Counted from the first letter of the stretch, positions 36,268 through 49,480 are shown. The stretch: 64,000 bases of DNA from Octopus bimaculoides (GCF_001194135.2 NC_068997.1:5818145-5882144); one strand, 5' to 3'. The notes: generated by a model from the letters alone, not told the origin. Made by a program: numbers and translations.

Positions 36268-36430
36268 CTACTGAAACGTGTTCTCTCAGAGTGCTGTTGC
36301 AAAACTACACGAGTGAATGTATGAAAAACAAAATAGGAATTTTGCAAGCAGTATCAAGAAAACTACTTTTTAAACTTCAAATGGCAATGGGGGTCCACCA
36401 GAATAAAGCAGTAATCAAAGGCGTTCATAG
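36268..36430 (+). CDS. Candidate 163-nt internal exon, unknown product, unverified
   Basis: tttaacaagtttccag| open frame xTETCSLRVLLQNYTSECMKNKIGILQAVSRKLLFKLQMAMGVHQNKAVIKGVH |gtaaaa; in-frame stops lie just outside both splice sites. Confidence 0.25.
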
Positions 36431-39190
36431 GTAAAATTAAGGACCAAGTAAAAATAATAAATATCAGCAGCACTTATGTCAGCAGGGGACATTAAGAAAT
36501 TATTGGGAATCTGTGAGCTAAAGTTGGAAATTGTAAAGTGTGCAACCTTTTAAAAGCTTGGGGTCTTGGAGAAAGGGTGGGAATCACCTGCTATACATAC
36601 TCACTGAATTTTTAGAAATAGCAGCCAAATCTTTTTATGAAATGCCTACCATCCATTGTATAATATAGTTCAAAATACATTCTATTGGAAAAACGAAAAA
36701 AATCAAGAGTAGTCACAATTGAAACACTTTTGAGAATGTGTCTGGTTGTTCAGGGTTGATCTGGGCTAAGCAATAACAAAAACAGCATTTGCTGTGTGTC
36801 TATCTATCTGTCTATCTGTCTGTCTCTCCATATATATATATATTTCTGTATATCTGTCTGTCTCTCCATATATATATATATTTCTGTATATCTGTCTATC
36901 TACCTCCATATATATATCTCCGTATATCTTTCAATCTATCTATCCCTATCTACACATCACACACACACACATGTGCGCATGCACTATTGTTGTGTATGTA
37001 GGGGGCCCTAGTGCATTGCACTTCTCAGGGCCTATAGGCATTAAGACAGCCCTGGTTATGCTAGGGTGTTTTTGATGATAGATTGACAGGTCTTTTCTGT
37101 TTTGATAATAGATTGGGTTTAAGCTAGAGCTAGTCCTTCTTTCTCTTTACATATGAGGGAGCCCCAACAGGAGTCACTTAATTTGTTAGAAATAATCACA
37201 AGGGACTAAGAATTAATTACTTTCAGTTAATGTTTTTCTGTTTAAGCACTTACTTTCTGCTATCTCACCTTTCTCTCTGTTGCCTCCACCACCTCTCTCT
37301 CTCCCCCCTTGGAGCTCTCTCCTTCCCTGTCTCCCCCAGGAGCTCTCCCCTTCTTGCTCTCCCCTTTCCCTCCCTCTTCCCCTTTTCTGTTTCTTTCTTA
37401 CCCTTCTCCCTTCCCTTTCCCTCCCACCAACTATCCTCTCTCCCTCCCTCTCCCTCTCTCATACCAGCCCTCCCCCTCTCTCATACCAGCTCTCCCCTCT
37501 CCTTCTTTTTTCCTTTCTTTCTATCCTAGTATCTCAAATTGTTTTTCACCCCCCCCCCCCATTCTGTTTCCCAACTCCTCTCACACTACTACATGCTGTA
37601 CCTCAAAACCAGTTATTCTTTCTTTCTTTCGTCCTGTTTTACTTTCTCTATTTTGTCCTCTCTTTTTTTCTTTTCACTTGTCTGTCTGTCTGTCTCTTTT
37701 TTCTCTTCCTACTATTACTCTCATACATTTTCCCTCTATATCATCATTCTCTGCTCTCATCCACTCTCATCCTACCATTCCATAACTTAGTTTTAAACCA
37801 CTATTACGCTCCCCCCACATCCCTGCCACACATCTGTACTGTCATCTTCTTGACACCAGCTTCTTGCCATGTCTCCTTTCAAGTAAACCAAAGAGGTGAG
37901 GGAAGAAGGGAAGTTCTACTAAATTCGCTCTCTTTCTCTTTCCCTCCCCACCTCCTCTGTATTGGAATCGGAAACCGAAATGATGATCGTTTTACAATCA
38001 ATTAGTTTAGAAATAGAATGAATCAACGAAATATGAGAGCTGATGTGCATACATGTACACAGACGTATACATGTCCATGTGGATACACATGCATACATGC
38101 ATGTATATATAGACAGAGAGAGAGAGAGAGAGAGAGACATAGGTATAAGAAACACTTCTAGATATTATTATTCACAGCAAACATGTATACATGTCTGTTT
38201 GTGTGTGTATGCATATGTGTATGAAGGTTCTTGGATCAAAGATCAAGGAGACCAGAATTCCAAAGAGGATTCGATATGAGTTAGAGGTAACTGTAAAGTG
38301 AATTAAGCTATATTTTATAGATTTAATGTTTTCGCAAAGAAACTCTGTTTCTGCTAATTCAGTAGCTTTTCTGAAACAGTGCATCTGTGTGTGTATGTGT
38401 GTATATGTGCACACTCATGCACAGTACATCCAAGAATGGAAGTTTATTATATTTGTTCCTTCACTACAGTTGTTTCAACAAACATGGTTCAGATACATCA
38501 TGACTACAAATCATCATCATCGACATTTAACATCTGTTTTCAATGCTAGTATGTGTTGGATGGTTTGACAGGTGCTGGTCAGCTGGAGAACTGCCAAGGT
38601 TCCAATTTTCTGTTTTGGCATGGTTTTTACAGCTGCATGCCCTTCCTAATGCCAACCACTTCACAGAGTGCACTGGGTGCTTAAAAGCACCCACTCTGTG
38701 AAGTGGTTAGTGTTTGTCCATGTTCATCTCATCAAAGGTCAGAAAAGCAATACAATTTACACTTGGAAAATTATGATGTGTGTGTGTGTGTGTGTGTCTA
38801 GTTATTTGTTAAGACCTTAGAATGAGGAGCATTGTATGTAAAGAGAGGAGATGAATGTTCTAACATGCAGCAAGCAATAGGGTAGGCCAATATTGAAAAT
38901 GGAGATTAGTTTATTTGTATTAAATGAGGTTGTTATTGTATTATGAACTGAGAATAAAGCTTGCCTGTATAAACCCCCTACAGTGTCAGACCAATTATCT
39001 GGCCAACTTGGGACTACAAGTGTCCCAGATTTTTGAATTTTTTGCTTCCTGGAGAAATATAAAATAAACTATAAAATAAACTATGAAAGGAAATAGCTAA
39101 ATTATATTTAAATTAATAGACTTCTAAAGCAGGGTCTGTTTGATGTTTTTTAATCCACTTAAAATTCTTAAAATGTATCGTACTGTACAA

Positions 39191-39452
39191 TACAGAGTGG
39201 GCCAAACATCACTCACCAAAACACTTGACATTTTATTTATATTACATTATTTTTATTCATTTTGTTCATGTACAAGTATTTGTGTATTCAGCATTACTTT
39301 ATTTATTTTATTCAATTTTTGAAAGATTGAAGTATGTCTTTAACAATTCACGATCATGTTGAACTTATTTTCATTTATCATCATCATCATCGTTTAATGC
39401 CTGCCTTCCATGTTGGCATGATTTTGTGCATGACGTTTTGGCCCACCCTGTA
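39191..39452. mobile_element. Tc1/mariner-type MITE
   Basis: TIRs tacagagtgggccaaacatca / tgacgttttggcccaccctgta with TA ends; contains a short RTE tail at ~39378-39420. Confidence 0.8.
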
Positions 39453-39727
39453 TAATGTTTGTGGGATGAAAATTATATGAAGCAAAGTAAAGAATATGGT
39501 TTTGTTTAACAAATACATGTACAAATTAATACAATTCTAAAGCATAGTATGTTTAATCCCTATTAATTCACTTAAAAGAGTAAAGAACAAAGCTAATTTT
39601 TAACATACTGTATGCAAGTTAGCCAACTTCAAAAACAAGGTCTTTTTACTCAATACTAGACATAGTATATTGCGCAGTACTGCACAGTATTCTTGGTTGT
39701 CTGGAAGTCAGATAAGAGGTCTTGGTA

Positions 39728-39775
<48 letters not shown>

Positions 39776-39992
39776 CTAATATAGGATAAATTCTTTATAA
39801 GAATTTATCAAGTAGTCAGCGTGAAAAAACCTCATAATGACTTATTTAGTCCCTCGATAGCGTGAGGCATTAATACACAGTTAATGCCCTTTATATATAA
39901 TTAAATATATATATATAATCAATAGACATTAAAAAGAGCAACACAGATATGGTATTAGTTTAAAGGTTGAGACATTGAAATGAGAGTGGAGT

Positions 39993-40030
39993 ATCTTAAT
40001 ATTTCAGATGTTAGTCCATCATCAGAAAAG
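39993..40030 (-). ncRNA. Minimal hammerhead motif, second family
   Basis: CUUUU CUGAUGA U GGA-CUAACA-UCU GAAAU AUU AAGAU; palindromic stem III AAUAUU. Confidence 0.55.
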
Positions 40031-40298
40031 AAAATGTTAGGGACAGAGAGAGTGAGAAAGAAATAATAAATATATATAAAATGAAAAATTACTAGAAAAT
40101 TATAAAATTCAGATCAAAATTACAAAATCGCTAAGCTATACACATACATTGATGCCTATTTATGTATGCATAACAAATCCATACATCTATATATATAAAT
40201 AAATAGTATGGCTAAGTTTTAAGTTCACAAGTATCGGTATGTATAGTATACTAACTTCTGTTGACCAGCAATTCTAATATACTAATTAGCATTAGTTT

Positions 40299-40450
40299 AT
40301 GGACTATAATGTACTAATATCATTGGTCCATGGACTATAATGTTCCAATTAGTACTGATTATTGTCTATAATGTAATAACTCATGTTTACTAGTGTCTAT
40401 AATGTTAGTAACTAGTTCTCACTAGTTTGCATATTGTGCTATAATACTGT
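40299..40450. repeat. 31-bp-period array with conserved CTATAATGT motif
   Basis: Units start at 40299, 40330, 40361, 40392 (exact 31 bp), fifth at 40433. Confidence 0.75.
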
Positions 40451-41241
40451 AGTGTTGAAAATGGTGTTTGGTACTGCAGATCAGTATGGTGAGAGAGACA
40501 TAGGAAACAACATGCAAAAAGTCAGATTTAGAAATACACAAGGGGGAGGGGCAATTGTTTCTCTAATTTCTTTGAATATTGACAAGTTCACATGATACAA
40601 GTGTCATCATAGTTTAGTTTCCAGTTATGTTGTTGCACTTTAAACTTATTGAATCTCCCTGCAGGTGGTGGTATGTTTATGGGGTGTATGGATAGTAAAC
40701 TTGTGTTTCTTGATTTCTATTTCTCCATTTAAAGTACTCTTCACACTTCCTTGTTTAATTGCCTCCTCTTTATCTCCTCTCTTCCTCATCATTATCTCTC
40801 TTCTCCCTTATCCTCCTTTTCTGCTTTCCTCTTCTGCCTCCTCCTGTGTTTCTTTCAACTGGTCTTCTTTCTTCTCTTGTTCTTCTGTTCCTCCTGTTCC
40901 TACTAACCTCCATCCAAAACCCACCACCACCACCACCATCTGTCCTCCCCTCTGCCTTCCCTCTTCCCCATTCTTTTTCTTTTTGTCTTCTTTTTCTATT
41001 TCCTCATGCTTCTCTTCCTCCTCCTCCTTTATTTAACAGCAACACTTTTTCTTTATAATATTCCTTGTTTTTCATTGAAACAGACAGGGAGAGAGTTAAG
41101 AAACACAGAGGGTGAGTGAAAGAAGGGGAACAGAAAGAGGGAAAGAATGAATAGATACACGTAGAGAGAAAGACAGTGAGTTATAGTTGAAAGAGAAAGA
41201 AAAGATGAGAGAGACAGAAAGCTAGTTATAGTGAGACAGAG

Positions 41242-41278
<37 letters not shown>

Positions 41279-41530
41279 AAGGTTTGGAGGTGATGTACAG
41301 AAATTATATAGAAAAAAATTTTAATTAAGGTACTCAGAAACCTGGATGTTTGTACATTTACAGATTTTTATTAATGTCACATATTAAATGAAGCGCTTTT
41401 CACCTAGTCGTGTTGGTTTTTCAAATTATATATATATATTTATAAATATATATATTTATAAATATATATATATATATATATTTATAAGAAAGAAGTTTGA
41501 AAACGCCAATATATAAAAAATGAATTTTAA

Positions 41531-41575
41531 TTTAACATGTTTCGGTTCTTGTAAAAACGAACCTTATCAAAACTA
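41531..41575 (-). ncRNA. Hammerhead-like motif with U3-A8 core variant, third family
   Basis: UAGUU UUGAUAA GGUUC-GUUUUUACAA-GAACC GAAAC AU GUU AAA; perfect 5-bp stem II, palindromic stem III AACAUGUU, weak stem I. Confidence 0.45.
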
Positions 41576-42856
41576 CGTATTTAATAAAATGAAATTAAAT
41601 GAAGAGTTCATAATTGTTCCTTACTGGTGTCAATAGTCCATGTGAGGGCATTTTTTGTTGGTTGTAGTAGTAGTAGTGTCCCTGTTGGCAATGGTATATA
41701 TATATATAATGAATGAGGAGCTGTGTAAATCCTTTACAGCAGGAAATCTGATTTGTTCTTGCTCTTTCTCTTACACATTATTGCCTTGTTCCATAGTGTA
41801 AATCTACCTCCATCTCTACTGTAGTGTCACTCAGTCAAAAGGGATCTTAGCTTTGTAGGTTGCATAGTGACCTCACTAATGCTGGTGCCATGAAAAATGT
41901 ACCTGGTACATGCTGTAAAGTGGTTAGCATTAGGAAGGGCAGCCAGCCACAGAAATTATGCCAAAGGGGACACTGGAGCTCGATGCAGTCATTGAATCTG
42001 TCAGATCCTGCTAAGCTGTCAGCCCCTTGCCTGCAGGAACACAAACATGAAAAGATGATGATGATAATAATGATAATGATACATGTATAGACTCACACGT
42101 GTGTGTGTGTGTGTATGTATATCTATCCAATTATCTATCTATCTATACATACATTCATATACATATAAAGAGTGATATAAAGCTAAATAGCTAGAAAGAT
42201 AGTCATTAGTATATTGTATGTGTGTTGTCTTCTTCAATAGCGTTTGATGGTTTACAGACAACAAACTTGTATGACATCCATTTTAATGAGTTGCAGTGAA
42301 TTTATTCAAAACTACTGGATTAATGATTCTATTCCTGGAACACACAAACAAAACTTTTAATTAAACCTATTTCATTAACAGGTTTCGCATTTCTCCTCAC
42401 ACCCTACCCCTTCTCCATCTCCATTCTCACTCATTTTCTTTCATTCTTTCCTCTAATCTATCTAAATATTTCTCATATCTCTCTTTCTCCATCTATCCTT
42501 CCATCCATCTGTCTGTTTCTTTCTCCATTTAGCTATATCTGTCTAGCTCTTTATCCTTCCTCTGTCTCTCTCCATGAAAATTTGTTCGTACTTTGAAGTG
42601 TAAAAGCCTCTTCCATTATACCCTACTCAATAACATTCCACTCAAGAACAATGGCACTCCACTCAACAGCATCTTCACCAAACTCAACAGCCACCATACC
42701 CCACTCAATAACAGCCAATAAAAAATACTGTTTCTAATTTATCATGTTAAAACTTCCACTCCCTTCAAAGATGTAGAAAAAAAGAATACAAACTCATTCG
42801 AACATAACACAAAACCAAAAATCAGCTATCCCTTTTGTTGTTGCTGTATTTTTTAT

Positions 42857-43589
42857 GGTGGCTGTTTGGTAAAAAGCTTGCTTCCCAACCATATGGTTCC
42901 AGGTTCAGTCCCACTGTGTGGCATCTTGGGCAAGTGTCTTCTACTATAGCCCTGGGCCCACCAAAACCTTGTGAGTGGATTTGGGAGATGGAAACTGAAA
43001 GAAGTTTGTTGTTGTGTGAGCACTGCCTTCTAGCACTTGTGCTGGTGGCACGTTAGAAAATCATTCGAGCGAGGTCATTGCCAGTACCGCTGGACTGGCT
43101 TCCGTGCAAGTAGGACGTAAAAAACACCTTTTTGAGCGTGGTCGTTGCCAGTACCGTGTGACTGGCCCTTGTGCCGGTGGCACGTAAAAGCATCCACTAC
43201 ACTCTTGGAATGGTTGGCGTTAGGAAGGGCATCCAGCTGTAGAAGCTCTGCCAGATCAGATTGGAGCCTGGTGCAGCCTTCTGGCTTGCCAGTCCTCAGT
43301 CAAATCGTCCAACCCATGCTAGCATGGAAAGCGGATGTTAAACAATGATGATGATGATGATGATTGTGTGTGTGTGTTTTTATATCTGTGTTTGTCCCCC
43401 CACCCGCATCACCACTTGACAGCTGGTGTTGTGTTTACATCCATGTAACTTAGCAGTTTGGCAAGAAACAGATAGAATAAGTACTAGGCTTAGAAATGAT
43501 AAGTCCTCGGGTCAAATTGTTCGACTAAAAGCCTTCAAGGCAGTGCTCCAGCATGGCTGCAGTCAAATGACTGAAACAAGTAAAAGAAT
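42857..43589 (+). mobile_element. SINE B1 interrupted at its microsatellite hinge by an RTE 3' end (~43021-43363)
   Basis: Head 42857-43010, RTE 3'UTR modules plus (ATG)n tail, then B1 tail to 43589. Confidence 0.85.
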
Positions 43590-44071
43590 GTTTTAATTAG
43601 TTTTGAAAATAATTAATTTACAATAATTTAGTAACACAACCAACTTTCTCATCTTTAGCTGATGTTTAGAATGTAGAATTATGTTGAAAGGCTTTAAGGC
43701 ACATGTGTGACAGTATAGCTGAGAAGTTTGTTTCCTAACCACATGGTTTCTGGTTTGGTCCCCGTGGTCTCTTGGGCTGACCAAAACCTTGTTAGTGGAT
43801 TTGGTAGGCATATGTATATATATATATGTGCATGCATATGTGTGTCTGTGTGTGTACTACTGTTCCATTGCCTGGGCATCATGTGATAGATAGTTGCGAA
43901 CAGTTAACACTGTTCATACAACTGTATTTTCAATCTGTGGAAACATGTCTGACCACAGATGCTTGGCAAAAGGTGAAGGTTAGCAACATGACAGATTACC
44001 TATCATAGAAAAAAACTTGCCTCACTGAATTCTGTCCAACCCATGCAAGGTTGGAAAAGTGGATGTTACGT

Positions 44072-44385
44072 GAAGGCACATGGCTCAGTAGTTAGAGCAT
44101 TGGGCTCACTATCATGAGGTTGTGAGTTTGATTCCAAGACCTGGCTGTGTGTTGTGTTATTGAGCAAGACACTTTATTTCATGTAACTCCAGTTCACTCA
44201 GCTATCGAAATGAGTTGTGACGTCGCTGGCATTGGCCTTTGCCTTTCTCTTGGATAACATTGGTGGTGTGGAGAGGGAAGGTTGGTTTGTATGGGTGTCT
44301 GCTGGCCTTCTATAAACAATGTTGCCTGGACTTGTACCTTGGAGGGTAACTTTCTAGGTGCAATGCCATGACCATTCATGAACAA
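44072..44385 (+). mobile_element. tRNA-derived SINE family C
   Basis: A-box TGGCTCAGTAGTTAG, B-box GAGTTTGATTCC, CORE-like ttgagcaagacactttatttca. Confidence 0.8.
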
Positions 44386-46169
44386 AGCTATGTTGAGGTC
44401 AGTCTGTCCAGAATCTCAACTGTCCTGCTTACACAAGCATGAGCTGCATGTAGTTTAGATATCTTATCCACACAACCACTATATTGCCTCCCCTCAACAT
44501 ACACATTCACTACCTACAGAAGAAAACGGTTTGATTCATTGAAGAATTAACACTCTTCCTCTATCTCACTCACTCACTCACTCACTCACTCATTCACTCA
44601 CTCACTCACTCAAATGCATGCATGCATACACAGACAGACAGACAGACAGTAGTTATTTCCATAGAAAGACCATTCCAAGAACCATGAAAGGAAATACTTT
44701 GGTTGCTTTTGCTTCAAAGACTTTTTAGAATCATGCTTTTATTTTGTTTCTGATTGACTCCTGATTTTGTATTCATCATGAACCAACAGCTCTGGTGTGA
44801 TTAGAAATGTAGTAGTAGTAGTAGTAATAATAATAATAATAATCTGTGTATAAACAGTGAATACGTGATATGTTTCATGTTACTCTGGAATAAATATTTT
44901 AATAAAGAACATTATATAAAAAAAAGTCAGTCATTATTGTTGTTATTAAAAACACAGTGGAGTAACAAGAACTGGTACTGTTGGACCAAATACTTTATTG
45001 GTGGTGATATTGTTATTTAGTCTTGGTCAAATCAGGTATGATACATTTTGGCATAGTTGTTTTGGCATTACCTATTTGGTTTTGCTGGCTGACTCGACAT
45101 TAGATATTTTCTTTTCTTTTGTTCTCTCTCACTTTCTCTCCCCATTTCTGTGTGTGTGAGTATATAGTATATATATATATGTATGTGTGTGTGTGCGTGT
45201 GTGTTTGTGTGTATATATACACATACATGTTTCATGTATAAGAAAGAGGAGGAGTGTTTATGTCCATTGTATTTAATTCAATTAATAAATCACGTCTCAC
45301 TTTCTTCCTCTCTCTCACTCTATCTGTATGTGTATATTTTTGTGTGCCAGCATGTGTGTATGTTTGTCTCCAAGGCCAAAATGTACTGTTGCTAAAACAG
45401 GCTGAATGTCCAGTCAGCCATGATTGACATCCAAACAGCTGCACTCAATTATCTCCTTCCAGATTGTGCAGACATGTGACCAAAAGTCTTTCAGCTCTGA
45501 CCATCCTGCCCTTTTCTTATATGCAGAAAATCTAGGCCAAAAATCTACATCCACTAGCAATACAAACAAGAGTGCATTTTCACCTAGAGCCAATATGAAA
45601 GTTTCTCTCATGGCATCTACTACAGTATAGTTTGTTCTAACAGAACATCCTTGTTTAAGTGGTGATAAGTATTACCTCTTGGTATTAATACTGCCTCTGT
45701 CACTAATATATATGTTTTTAAACAACCCATCTGACTAATCGCAAAACCAGCGCCTTTTCTCTCACTGTTTTTCCATGTATCACTGACAGAGAAATGAGTC
45801 ACTTCTATCTCTAGCAGTTGAGTGTCATCACTGACAAAACCAAAGAAGGTCAAGATCATGTGATCTGGTGGTCTCGCCATTGGAGGTGGTAGGGATTTAT
45901 CTCCCCACAAGCAATATAGACAAAGTGCATTTTGCACCAAAAGCCAATATATGAGTTTCTCTCATGATATCTACTTCAGTATAGTTTGTTCTAACAGAAC
46001 ATCAATGTTTAAGTGCAGATAAATATTACATCCAGTATGTTCTTCTCTTTATGGTCTTTCAAGTTGACTTGAGTAAGATCAGCTCACTAATTTACTGTGT
46101 AAGGGACAGGAAGGTGTGCAGATCCACGATCACTGATGCATATTAGCATAGCATAGGAAGACAGAGATA

Positions 46170-46672
46170 TTCATCATCATTATCATTTAATGTCCACTTT
46201 TCCCATACTTGCATGGTTTAGACAGAATTTGTTGAAGCAGATTTTCTATGTTAGAATCCTTTCCTGTTGCCAATCTGTACCTGTTTCCAGGTAAGATAAT
46301 ATTTTTCCCATAGCTAGATATTTTTTTCACTGAAAACTGATGACCCCAATTGTATGATGCTGATGCTAATTTTTACAGCCATTATATATCTAAAACAAGG
46401 ATACACACACACACACACACACAAATATACGGTGGTGCACCAGCATGACCGCAGCCACTTGGCTGAAACACATAAATAAATAAATAAATACATACATACA
46501 TACATATATGATAGGCTTCTTTCAGTTACCATTTACCAAATCCATTTGCGAGACTTTGGCCACCTAGGTCTATAGTGGAAAGCACTTAGTTGCCAAAGGT
46601 GTAACTCTGTGAGACTGAACCAGAGACCACATGGTTTGGAAACAAGTTTCTTAACTACACAACCATGTCTGT
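46170..46672 (-). mobile_element. SINE B2 (with an extra B1-tail fragment at the hinge)
   Basis: Head 46500-46672, RTE-type tail 46170-46380. Confidence 0.7.
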
Positions 46673-47865
46673 GCTTTTTTTTTTTTACAAGAGTATGATA
46701 TAATTTGAGCAAGATTTGGCTACTATTTCTAGCAATTTCAGTAACCTTGTAGAACTTCCTTCATTAGCTTGTAAATACCTAGCGGTGTTTTGTTGTGTCT
46801 CTTTATGTCAAAGCTTATACTGACCATCTTGTCTTTGAACCTCTAGGATTGTATTATCCTATGTATCTTTCATGGTCTGAGTCTCTTCATATTCAAAGTT
46901 ACTGCCTTCATAAGTAATTCAGGGACTACATCTTATTTATGCATTCCATTTTGGGTATAGTTTCTATGGCTGGAACATTTTCCTATTCCCTTTTTGTTTG
47001 CCAACTACTGTTACAGAGTGTACTAAGTGCATTTTATTGTAGCACCAGCACGGAAATGGTTCTCTTGTTCCTAGCAAGACTGAAGAGTCATTTCTACCTT
47101 ATTATAGTCTTCATTTATTTGCTATACATTTCTATAGGGTGCTCTGAGTGTATTGCAATAAGGTATCTGCACCAAAGAGATTTTCTTGTATCTAGCTTAG
47201 CTGCAAAATCTGCAAAATTCTACCCTGGCTCATCTCTGTTTGCTAATCACTTTGCTGGGCATACTGGGTGTATAGATAATAATAGCACTAAGTACATTGA
47301 TGGTGATGGTGATGATTATTATTAATTTATAAGTGCAGCAGGAAAGTCATAGTGGTAAATATTGTTGATTATGTTGACTGACCACTGCCTTACTCAACTG
47401 GTTTTTATTTTAGCAGAGACTGCCCGGAAGTATGACATTAGAACAACACAAGTAGTGGTAGTGCTACTACTAATAATAATAATAGCAATTAATAATAATT
47501 TCTTTATTTATCACAAGGGGAATGGATGGGTTTGGAGGATTACAAGAATAAATTATGTTAACTTCTTCATTCCACCCAGGAGGGTTTCCATTGAAGGATT
47601 GCATAAAGGGGACAGACCATGGAAAAACCCATATAACAAGAGAGGATTCCTGACAGAGAGAGAGAAAAGTTTGTGTGTTAGTATCTGTGAAACTGCTTAA
47701 TTAATAAATTATAATTGGACAAAGTTGGGAGGGAGAGCAGAGCAATGTTAGAGAGGGGGGAGTAAACAGGAAATTCAATGTAATTTACCTAACATAGAAA
47801 ATCTCGACATTATTAGAAATTAATAATAAAAATAAACTTCAAAAAAATGTGTGTATTGTTTTTGT

Positions 47866-47908
<43 letters not shown>

Positions 47909-49189
47909 GGATACACATTTACACGCACATCTACATTATACACATACACACTCACAATGTATTTCATTAAGTGACTTTCTTTGTGATTAAATCTCTGTCT
48001 GTCTGTCTTTCTCAAAGGAAAATATGTTTGCATGTAGTTTCTGTCTGCCTATCTATCTCTATATCTAGCCAGCTAGTGATCTATCAAACTATCTTTTAGT
48101 CACTGAATACATACATTATGTGCACTCATATATACATAAACATACATAGACATGTCCATCTCTTGCCAGAAAAAAATCAGCCCTCCTCAAGATTATAGAA
48201 TTTGTGGGAAAAAAAAAAAATATCATATCGAAAACTAGAGATTACGAAAACAAGTTAAAGCCATTGACAAATGCCCAGTGGATATTTTACTGAATGAACT
48301 GTGATGATATAGTTAAAAACTGAAAAGCTGAAGCCATTTTTGGTGTCTGTGTAATTGGAATTGAATGTTTAGTCTTCATACAAGAGTGTGGTAATGTGGT
48401 GGAGAGAAAAAGAGACATAGAATAAAGGAGGGATTAGGAATAAAGAATATAAGAGAGGAGGAGTAGAGAATGCATTGGAGACAAAGAATAATTGAGGGGT
48501 GGAGAAGAGAATGTATAAGGAAGAGAAAGAGACAATAAGAGAGGGAAGGAGGAATAGAAAATTTATAAGAGAGGTGTAGAAGTAGACAGTATACCAGAAA
48601 GAGAATAAGAGGTTGAAAGAGAGAAGAAAGGGAAGGATAGAGAGACAGAGATAGTGTTAGAAGTTCTGTGTTCTCTCTTTTGTTCTTGTCTCTCTAACTG
48701 AAAAAATGTTTAAAAAGTGTAAGAACAAGAGAAAAGGACAGATAGAAGATTCCTATAGCTGTGGGGTCATCAGTGGGGAGAGTCCTCTCTTGGAAAGGTT
48801 TGTGTAAGATTAAAACATTCACATGTTTATATAAACTCATGCATATACATCTGTATGTCTGTTCATGTGTATAGAAAAGTATTTGTGTCTGTGTGTGTGT
48901 TATTTTACTAGTTTCAGTCACTGGATTGCAGCCATGTTGATGGAATGTCTTCATGGTTTTTAGCCAGTCATAATGTATTATTTCAGCATGGTATTTATTT
49001 CATTGAGTTGAGTGTGAGAGAAATGTGGAGTCTGATCTATTGGAATGTAAGAGGACAAAGCTGAGTATAATCTGTTGGCATGTAAGACGGAAGAGTTGAG
49101 TGTGAGCTGTTAGCATGTGAAAAGGAAGAGTTGGGTGTGATCTGTTGTATTTGCAATGCAATTTTCCTTTTTTTTTTTTTCTTCTAAGT

Positions 49190-49480
49190 TGTTAAGAAAA
49201 GAAGGGACTCTTGCAGATATTCCACTGGGGCTGGATAATGTTGATGTGGCCCATATGTGTAGGTTCTTCCTTTCAGATTCTACCTGGTGGTTATGGTTCA
49301 TGTTCAGTTTGAAGATGGTATTCTAAAAGTTCGCAGTTGTGGAGCAGAAAGACTGGAGGGGAGGAATGTTTCCTGTGGATAATGAAAGATGAGGTGCAGT
49401 AAGAGTGGATATAAAAAGAAAGATTAATATAGATGGAAGGGATTAGGCAGTTAGCTACTTGAAGAGGCTGTTGTAGTTGC
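49190..49480 (-). mobile_element. Possible Penelope-like RT C-terminal relic
   Basis: Decayed minus-strand frames resemble the PLE HSYL..SSHP..IP..QF segment; from memory, no alignment run. Confidence 0.3.

Noticed and set aside
37280-38005. 241-aa ORF (also 34732-35373, 6425-6916, 33045-33329, 40665-41036)
   Set aside because: Stop-free only because of C/T- or CAT-type low-complexity sequence; no domain-like content.
38221-38286. ATG-started frame MKVLGSKIKETRIPKRIRYELE with a gtaact donor; another frame looks MORN-like (YEGSW)
   Set aside because: ETRIPKRIRYEL resembles the RTE RT C-terminal RIPK..Y.EL motif, so a LINE scrap is more likely; MORN glycines are absent.
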